A stretch of 25,929 nucleotides of DNA from an uncultured Rhodospirillales bacterium (lineage in GTDB: Bacteria > Pseudomonadota > Alphaproteobacteria > CAZPBH01). The DNA lies in assembly GCA_964584645.1 (NCBI GenBank), contig CAZPBH010000001.1:17377-43305 (forward strand), written 5' to 3'. The notes under the pieces were generated by a model, which saw only the letters and a list, made by a program, of their open reading frames with translations, did not search any database and was not told where the DNA came from. Position 1 is the first letter of the stretch. The number at the start of each line of letters is the position of its first letter. A program made the translations under genes and the position numbers. Positions 19,873 to 25,929 of this stretch are shown piece after piece.

Positions 19873-20699
19873 AGATCTGCCGGTTCGAACAGGGCGGCAC
19901 CCTCCGCCTCGGTGCCATCGAGGGCGAGCATGTGCGCGATCTCTCGGGCACGTTGCACGAGGACCTCTTCCGGGCGACGCCCGAGCAGATTGCGACGCTG
20001 CAGGCTGCCGTCGACGACGCTCCTCGCCTGAAGCTGGCCGAGGTGAACCTGCAGATGCCCATCGGGCGGCCGGGCACGGTGTTCGCGGTCGGCCTGAACT
20101 ATCGCCATCACGCCATCGAGCAGGGCAAGGACATCCCGACCGAGCCGACGGTGTTCATCAAGCCGCCGGCCGCTCTTGGCGGGCCCTACGATCCCATCCA
20201 TCCCAACCCGGCCTCACCCACGCTTGATTATGAGGGCGAGATCGTTGCGGTGATCGGCACGGCTTGTGCCCATGTCGGCGAGGCCGAGGCGGCGCGGGCG
20301 ATTTCAGGCTGGTGCCTGATTAACGACGTGTCGGTGCGCGATTTCGTGAAGCCGAACTCGCTGCCGGTCGGCAAGGGCGGGCGCGGGCACGGCCCCGTCG
20401 GCCCGTGGATCACGACGGCGGATGAGATCATCGACCCCACTGCCCTGCATGTCCGCACGTCGGTCAATGGCGAGGTCCGGCAGGACAGCCCGGCCTCCGA
20501 CATGATCTTCACGGCCGCAAAGGTCATCGCCTTCCTCAGCCAGGGCATTGCCCTCAAGCCCGGCAACATGGTGGCGCTGGGTTCGCCGGGCGGCTCGGGG
20601 ATCGGCTTCAAACCGCCGCGTTGGCTGGTGCCGGGCGATGTCGTGCGCGTCGATTGTCCGCAGCTGGGCTATCTGGAAAACCGCGTCGCCGGCGGCTGA
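19869..20699 (+). CDS. Fumarylacetoacetate hydrolase (FAH) family protein
   Basis: AVGLNYRHH, PTVFIKP, LDYEGEI, INDVS.RD, GPVGPWI, LKPG....GSPGG.G. Confidence 0.92.
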   Translation: MKICRFEQGGTLRLGAIEGEHVRDLSGTLHEDLFRATPEQIATLQAAVDDAPRLKLAEVNLQMPIGRPGTVFAVGLNYRHHAIEQGKDIPTEPTVFIKPPAALGGPYDPIHPNPASPTLDYEGEIVAVIGTACAHVGEAEAARAISGWCLINDVSVRDFVKPNSLPVGKGGRGHGPVGPWITTADEIIDPTALHVRTSVNGEVRQDSPASDMIFTAAKVIAFLSQGIALKPGNMVALGSPGGSGIGFKPPRWLVPGDVVRVDCPQLGYLENRVAGG

Positions 20700-20722
20700 T
20701 CGGCGCAGCTGACTCCCCCCTG

Positions 20723-21184
20723 TCATTCCTCGGGTGCCAGACGCTCCAGCAGATCGATCAGCTGGCGCCGTTCCTCGGGCTCCAGATCGGCGGCGATCTC
20801 GGTCTCATGGGCCTCGACCAGCGGGATGGCGCGGTCGAGCAGCGCGCGGCCCTCATCCGTCAGATAGAGGACCTTGGATCGGCGATCCCTGGGACTGGGC
20901 CGGCGCGCGATCAGGCCCCGCTTGCTCAGTTTTTCGACAGCCTCGCCCAGCGTGGCGCGCTCGACCCCGGCATAGCGGGCAAGCTCGGTCTGGCTCGCCC
21001 CCTCATTCTGCGCCAGCACGACCAGCAGGCCCAGCTGGCCGGGGGTTAGTTCGAGATCCGCCAGCGCCCGGCCGAAATGCTCGAACACCCGCACCTGGGC
21101 GCGCCGAAGCTGATAGCCCATCAGCCCCGTCAGGAAACCGCGGTCGAGACCGGGACGCCATGTCTTGTCAGCGAAACGCTTCAT
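20723..21184 (-). CDS. MarR family transcriptional regulator
   Basis: MGYQLRRAQ...LTPGQLGLLVVL...SQTELA...DRRSKVLYLTDEG. Start taken at MKRFADK (21184), leaving a 120-nt divergent intergenic region. Confidence 0.92.
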   Translation of the reverse strand: MKRFADKTWRPGLDRGFLTGLMGYQLRRAQVRVFEHFGRALADLELTPGQLGLLVVLAQNEGASQTELARYAGVERATLGEAVEKLSKRGLIARRPSPRDRRSKVLYLTDEGRALLDRAIPLVEAHETEIAADLEPEERRQLIDLLERLAPEE

Positions 21185-21237
21185 CGGCACGCTTCTACGC
21201 TCAATTCTGCGACCGGGCAATTTCGGTGCCTCGATCC

Positions 21238-21281
21238 TTGACTCTGAAAGGATTGCGTGTAATTGTAAGGCAACCATACAA
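21238..21281 (+). promoter_or_regulatory. Candidate sigma70 promoter and overlapping operator for the oxygenase/gentisate operon
   Basis: TTGACT (21238-21243)-N17-AATTGT with an upstream TG. The palindrome TTGTA-N9-TACAA (21263-21281) overlaps the -10 element. Confidence 0.5.
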
Positions 21282-21304
21282 ATGCGAGGAACCGAGCCGC
21301 AACC

Positions 21305-22330
21305 ATGTCCTTCCAGGTGAACATCCGTCAGGTCGACGAGCCGATCACGGTCGAGATGGGGGAAACCATTCTGGCCGCGGCCCTCAAGCAGGGGCTGGAC
21401 TTTCCGCATTCCTGCCAGTCGGGAAATTGCGGCGCCTGCAAATGTCGCCTGCACGAAGGCGATGTGGAGATGACCCCCTATTCCGAGTTTGCGCTCAGCG
21501 AGCAGGAAAAGGAGAACGGGCTCATCCTCGCCTGCCGCGCGGTGCCGTGGGAAGATTGCGATGTGTCATGGCTGGGGGACGAGGATCGGATCGTCCATCC
21601 GCAGCGTGACATGGATTGCGAAGTGACGGCTGTGGAGCGGATGACCCACGACATTGTCGCTGTCCGGGTAAAGGTGCTGGCCGGCGGGCCCTACAGCTTC
21701 TCGGCCGGCCAATATGCCGAAATGATCTTCGAGGGCCTGCCCTCGCGCCAGTATTCCATGGCCAATCGCCCCGATCAGAGCGAGCTGGAATTCCACATCC
21801 GCGTCGTTCCGGGTGGCGAAGTCTCGACCTATGCGAACGAAAGGCTCGGTCCCGGCACCAAGGTCAGGATCAAGGGTCCGGGCGGTACAGCCTATTGGCG
21901 CGAGACGCATCAGGGTCCGGTGCTGGCTGTCGCTGGCGGTTCGGGTCTGGCGCCGATCAAGTCGATCGTCGAGAGCGTGCTCCGCGAGGGGTTCGAGCAT
22001 CCGATCCATTTCTATTTTGGCGTCCGTGATGAGCGCGACCTCTACATGACGGAAGAGTTCGAGGCACTCGCGGCCAAGCATCCCAATCTCAGCTTTACCC
22101 CGGTTCTCTCCGAGCCGAGCGGCGAGACCGCGCGGCGCACCGGTTTCGTGACCGATGCCGTGAAGGCGGACCTCAAGAACCTCGAAGGCTACCGGGCCTA
22201 TCTCTGCGGCCCGCCGCCGATGGTCGAGGCCGGTGCGACGCTGGCCAGGGAAATGGGCGTGCTGCCTGAACATGTTTACGCTGACGCCTTCTATACCGAG
22301 GCCGAGAAAAAAGCCCTGGAGGCTGCCTGA
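21305..22330 (+). CDS. [2Fe-2S]-FAD-NAD(P)H oxygenase reductase (N-terminal plant-type ferredoxin; NahAa/DmpP-like)
   Basis: CQSGNCGAC...LAC, RQYSMAN (FAD), VAGGSGLAP (NAD), YLCGPPPMV and terminal DAF. Confidence 0.93.
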   Translation: MSFQVNIRQVDEPITVEMGETILAAALKQGLDFPHSCQSGNCGACKCRLHEGDVEMTPYSEFALSEQEKENGLILACRAVPWEDCDVSWLGDEDRIVHPQRDMDCEVTAVERMTHDIVAVRVKVLAGGPYSFSAGQYAEMIFEGLPSRQYSMANRPDQSELEFHIRVVPGGEVSTYANERLGPGTKVRIKGPGGTAYWRETHQGPVLAVAGGSGLAPIKSIVESVLREGFEHPIHFYFGVRDERDLYMTEEFEALAAKHPNLSFTPVLSEPSGETARRTGFVTDAVKADLKNLEGYRAYLCGPPPMVEAGATLAREMGVLPEHVYADAFYTEAEKKALEAA

Positions 22331-23265
22331 TGGCCGCACTTGAAGGTCGTGTTGCCCTGATCACCGGTGGTGCGCGCGGCATTGGTCGCGCCATCGCCGA
22401 GGCTCTGCTGCGCGAGGGCGCACAGGTGACCCTTGCCGATAACGGCGCCTCGATCGACGGTCAGGAGGTCGATGCTTCTGTGGCGGGGGCAACAGCGGCT
22501 GAGCTGGGCCCCAACGCTGCCGGCGTGGCAGCGGATGTCAGCACGCCCGAGGGTGCGCAAAAGGCGGTGGAAGCCGCGTGCGAGGCTTTTGGTGGCCTCG
22601 ACATCGTGGCGAACAACGCCGCGATCCTGCGCGATGGCTTCGTCTTCAAGGCGCGGCCCGAAGATTTCGACACCGTGCTGCGCACCAACCTCAACGCCGC
22701 CTTCTATGTGTTGAACGCCGCAACACCGCTGCTGCGCGAGCAGGCCAAGGCCGGTCGGGGCGGCGAGGCTGGCTGGGGCCGGATCCTCAACATCACCTCC
22801 AGCGCCGGCTTCTTCGGCAATTTCGGGCAGTCGGCCTATGCCGCCGCGAAGGCGGGGCTCTTCGGGCTGACGCGGGTCGCCGCCCTCGACATGGGACGCT
22901 CGAAGGTCACGGCGAATGCCATCGCCCCCTTCGCCCGCACCCGTGTCACCGACATCATCCAGCCGGCCAATGATGCCCAGGCGAGCTACAAGGAACGCGC
23001 CCTCAAGATTGACGCCGACCATGTCGGCCGCTGGGCCGCCTTCCTTGCCAGCGACCGGGCGGCCGGCATCACGGGCCAACTGTTCGTGGTCCGTGGCCGG
23101 GAAACCATCCTGATGAGCCAGCCCCGCCCGGCCGCCACCGCCGTGGCACCCGAAGGCGGCTGGACCATTGATACGGCCGAGGAAGCCGTCAGACAAAGTT
23201 TTGCCGAGAATTTCACGGGCAGCGAGACCGATCTCGAAGCCTTCAATACCGAGCCCGTTATCTGA
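22330..23265 (+). CDS. Short-chain dehydrogenase/reductase resembling 3-hydroxyacyl-CoA dehydrogenase (MFE-2-like) SDRs
   Basis: TGGARGIG, NNAAILRD, SSAGFFGNFGQSAYAAAK (YxxxK) and ANAIAP; the start overlaps the reductase stop. Confidence 0.92.
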   Translation: MAALEGRVALITGGARGIGRAIAEALLREGAQVTLADNGASIDGQEVDASVAGATAAELGPNAAGVAADVSTPEGAQKAVEAACEAFGGLDIVANNAAILRDGFVFKARPEDFDTVLRTNLNAAFYVLNAATPLLREQAKAGRGGEAGWGRILNITSSAGFFGNFGQSAYAAAKAGLFGLTRVAALDMGRSKVTANAIAPFARTRVTDIIQPANDAQASYKERALKIDADHVGRWAAFLASDRAAGITGQLFVVRGRETILMSQPRPAATAVAPEGGWTIDTAEEAVRQSFAENFTGSETDLEAFNTEPVI

Positions 23266-23296
23266 TCCACCATCGGTCAACAGGAGGAGAACACCC

Positions 23297-24007
23297 ATGA
23301 CTGACGTCCAACCCATCAAGACCGTCGACGAGTTCGAAGCCCAGGATGAAGAGTACAAGGGCGCCATCCGCAAGCTCGTGCGCAGCCATGCGATCAACGA
23401 GCTCTATGGTGCTCAGGTCTTTGACGAGCCCGCGATCCAGTACGCCCCGACGCCCTATGCGAAATGGCTGACCTGCCGCGTGGCGATGGAAGAATACGCC
23501 CACCACGTCCGCTTCCGCGAGCTGGGCGAGAAGATCGGCCTGTCGGAAGACGACATGGTGCCGGGTGGCGACAAGAAGCCGCTTTCGATCTTCGAATTCC
23601 CGCTGAAGAGCTGGGCAGAATTCTGCGTCATCAAGATGCTGGCCGATCTGGCCGAGATCCTGCAGGTCGAGGATCTGCTGCACTGCAGCTTCCACCCCCT
23701 GCGCAACCTCGCCCGCTCGACCATGCCGGAAGAGCGCTTCCACCATGATTTCGGGGTCGAGTTCTGCACCGAGCTGTGCAAGACCGAGGAAGGCAAGGCG
23801 CAGGTTCAGGCCGCCATCGACGAGTACTTCCCGTTCCTGCCGAAGTTCTTCGGTGCTTCGCAGTCGAAGAACAACGAGATGTACCTGAAATGGGGCATCA
23901 AGGACCGCACCAATGACGAAATGCGTGCCGACTACATGAAGCGCGCCACCGAGGTCTGCGACAAGCTTGGCCTCAAGCTGCCCGAGATCGAGCTCGAGGC
24001 CGCGTAA
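23297..24007 (+). CDS. Ferritin-like di-iron carboxylate protein of the PaaA/BoxB (aroyl-CoA epoxidase/oxygenase) family, stand-alone
   Basis: Inferred ligand set E35, E66-x-x-H69, D117, E146-x-x-H149; PaaA-like APT..K and W.E/D segments; AGGAGG RBS before ATG 23297; 236 aa. Confidence 0.85.
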   Translation: MTDVQPIKTVDEFEAQDEEYKGAIRKLVRSHAINELYGAQVFDEPAIQYAPTPYAKWLTCRVAMEEYAHHVRFRELGEKIGLSEDDMVPGGDKKPLSIFEFPLKSWAEFCVIKMLADLAEILQVEDLLHCSFHPLRNLARSTMPEERFHHDFGVEFCTELCKTEEGKAQVQAAIDEYFPFLPKFFGASQSKNNEMYLKWGIKDRTNDEMRADYMKRATEVCDKLGLKLPEIELEAA

Positions 24008-24010
24008 GTC

Positions 24011-25045
24011 ATGGAAGCCGCGGCGCAATCGGGCGACCAGCGGCAGGAATTTTACCGGAAGATAGCGGGGTCACATCTGACCCCGCTATGGGAATCCCTG
24101 CATGCGCTGGTGCCGAAAACCCCGAACACGCAGTGCGCGCCGGGGTTCTGGAAATTTGACGAGGTGCGTCCCTTCATCCATGAAGCGGGCCGGCTCATCA
24201 CCGCCGAAGAGGCTGAACGGCGTGTCCTGATCCTCGAAAACCCGGCCTATCCCGGAGAATCGCGGATTACCAACACGCTTTACGGGGGGTTGCAGTACAT
24301 CCTGCCGGGCGAGGTGGCACCCGCCCACCGGCACAGCCAGTCCGCACTGCGCTTCGTGATGGAGGGTCAGGGCGCCTTCACGGCCGTGGATGGCGAAAAG
24401 ACCACCATGCATCCGGGCGATTTCATCCTGACACCCTCATGGACCTGGCATGATCATGGCTGCGAGGTGGATGAGCCGACCATCTGGTATGACGGTCTCG
24501 ACATTCCGCTCGTCGCCTATTTCGGCGCCGGCTTTGCCGAAGCGGCCAACGTCAAGAGCCATGAGGTCAGCCGGCCCGAAGGTGACGCTCCGGCACGCTA
24601 TGGCGCCAATCTGCTGCCCGTCGATTACGAGCAGAGGGGCAAGACCTCGCCGATCTTCAACTATCCCTATGCGCGCTCGCGCGAGGCGCTGGAGAAGCTG
24701 AAGACCGGGCCGGTCGACCCGCATCGCGGCATCTGGATGAAATACATCAATCCGGCGACCGGGGACTATGCCCTGCCGACGATCTCGGCCTTCCTCACGC
24801 TGCTGCCCGATGGCCTTGCCACCCAGCGCTATCGCTCCACCGATGCCACGGTCGTGATCGTGACCGAAGGCACGGGCGAGAGCCGGATCGGTGATATCGT
24901 CTACAGATGGGGGCCGCGCGACATCTTTGTCGTGCCGGGCTGGCAATGGGTGACCCACCATCCCGATGGCGAGGCCGTGCTGTTCAGCTATTCGGATCGC
25001 ACCATCCAGGAAAAGATTGGCCTCTGGCGGGAAGAACGCGGATGA
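24011..25045 (+). CDS. gtdA: Gentisate 1,2-dioxygenase (bicupin)
   Basis: LTPLWESL, AERRVLILENP, LYGGLQYILPGEVAPAHRH, GDFILTPSWTWHDH, DGLDIPL, LFSYSDRTIQEKIGLWRE. Confidence 0.93.
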   Translation: MEAAAQSGDQRQEFYRKIAGSHLTPLWESLHALVPKTPNTQCAPGFWKFDEVRPFIHEAGRLITAEEAERRVLILENPAYPGESRITNTLYGGLQYILPGEVAPAHRHSQSALRFVMEGQGAFTAVDGEKTTMHPGDFILTPSWTWHDHGCEVDEPTIWYDGLDIPLVAYFGAGFAEAANVKSHEVSRPEGDAPARYGANLLPVDYEQRGKTSPIFNYPYARSREALEKLKTGPVDPHRGIWMKYINPATGDYALPTISAFLTLLPDGLATQRYRSTDATVVIVTEGTGESRIGDIVYRWGPRDIFVVPGWQWVTHHPDGEAVLFSYSDRTIQEKIGLWREERG

Positions 25046-25590
25046 CCCCCACCGACAAAGTGAACAAGATCATCGCCGACCTGCCGGATGAGGGCTATTT
25101 CTCCGCCGTCGGGGAAGAGCTGACCCGCGGCGAGGTCTCGGACGCAGAGACCTTCATCGCCGGGCTGGGGCTCGGCGATGTGACCGTTGAAGGCCCGGTC
25201 GAGAGCTGGGCCCGGGCCGTTGAAATCACCAGCCATCCGGACTGGAACCGGGAAGCCTGGGAAGCCGAAGAGGCTGCCCAGAAGGCGTTATATGCGGAGG
25301 TTGCCGACCGGATCGGCGAGCCGACACTCCTGCGCCTGCTGACCAAGGTCACGGAAAGGGGGGCCGAGATCTTCCACGGCCCCGCCTCGATCTCCATGGC
25401 GCGGGCCGGCATGGCCGATCCGCGGCTGTCGCGCTCGGCGGCGGGGGCGGCTTCACAGGCCCTCTATCAGCATGCGCTTGCGGTGCTGGCGGGCCCCGGC
25501 CATGAGCATTTTCTAAGTGCAAGGCTGCGCCTGTTTCTTGGCGGGCGCTGGCCGTTGAATATGATCGGACAGCGCTTCTATCTGTTCTGA
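25042..25590 (+). CDS. Hypothetical protein (182 aa), family not recognised
   Basis: ATGA overlap with the gtdA stop; codon style matches its neighbours; fills the gap before the hydrolase gene. Confidence 0.7.
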   Translation: MTPTDKVNKIIADLPDEGYFSAVGEELTRGEVSDAETFIAGLGLGDVTVEGPVESWARAVEITSHPDWNREAWEAEEAAQKALYAEVADRIGEPTLLRLLTKVTERGAEIFHGPASISMARAGMADPRLSRSAAGAASQALYQHALAVLAGPGHEHFLSARLRLFLGGRWPLNMIGQRFYLF

Positions 25591-25650
25591 CATCAGGCGC
25601 CCGGCTCATGGGCGCCATCTTTCCATTCAGGCTCAAGAGAGGTTATCGCC

Positions 25651-25929
25651 GTGGAATACGTCGTACCCCCGGTTCCCCCGGCGAGTGTTCCCGTGAAGGG
25701 CAGCGATGCCCGTTTTCCGGTGCACCGCATCTACTGTGTCGGGCGCAACTATGCGGCCCATGCGCGCGAGATGGGCAAGGATCCCGATCGCGATCCGCCC
25801 TTCTTCTTCTGCAAGCCGGCCGATGCGGTGGTCGAGAACAACGCGACCATCCCCTACCCGCCGCGGACCGAGAACTTCCATTTCGAGGCCGAACTCGTGG
25901 TCGCCATCGGCAAGGCCGGCGTGAACGTG
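25651..25929 (+). CDS. FAH-family hydrolase, fumarylpyruvate hydrolase (NagK)-like, 5' part; runs off the right edge
   Basis: Absent from the ORF track; translated by hand from GTG 25651 (GAGAGG RBS): [61 protein letters not shown]...[12 protein letters not shown]. Lies in a gentisate operon. Confidence 0.88.
   Translation, partial: MEYVVPPVPPASVPVKGSDARFPVHRIYCVGRNYAAHAREMGKDPDRDPPFFFCKPADAVVENNATIPYPPRTENFHFEAELVVAIGKAGVNV

Noticed and set aside
21305-22330. Reductase as part of a nag-type salicylate 5-hydroxylase or naphthalene dioxygenase
   Set aside because: No Rieske alpha/beta subunits or ferredoxin in the visible operon; this cannot be excluded beyond the right edge.
23297-24007. 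Calling the di-iron gene paaA or boxB of a standard pathway
   Set aside because: No other paa or box genes are in the visible operon, the protein is shorter than I would expect for BoxB, and the context is gentisate cleavage.

Overview
A GC-rich, gene-dense bacterial catabolic region (proteobacterial-like; taxon not determinable here). I found no rRNA, tRNA, CRISPR array or mobile element. From left to right it contains six modules. (1) A minus-strand operon encodes a DMSO-reductase-family molybdoenzyme, a 4x[4Fe-4S] subunit and a ferredoxin-reductase-type flavoprotein (truncated at the left edge), with a divergent mobA-like gene. (2) A TonB-dependent receptor carries a Cys-flanked Pro/Gly repeat loop and is followed by a membrane protein. 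(3) Two divergent NmrA-like oxidoreductases are followed by ohr and a SnoaL-like gene. (4) A fused indolepyruvate:ferredoxin oxidoreductase-family gene sits opposite a divergent MarR regulator. (5) A LysR regulator faces a beta-oxidation-like operon (hydratase/dehydrogenase, acyl-CoA dehydrogenase, membrane protein, FAH-family protein). (6) A MarR regulator faces an operon encoding a [2Fe-2S]/FAD reductase, an SDR, a stand-alone PaaA-like di-iron protein, gentisate 1,2-dioxygenase, a hypothetical protein and a NagK-like hydrolase (truncated at the right edge). The best candidate for an undescribed system is module 6, a putative two-component di-iron aroyl-CoA oxygenase feeding the gentisate pathway. 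The second is module 1, a cytoplasmic, apparently NAD(P)H-linked and probably Asp-ligated molybdoenzyme. Family assignments come from motif reading, not database searches, and all substrate assignments are hypotheses.
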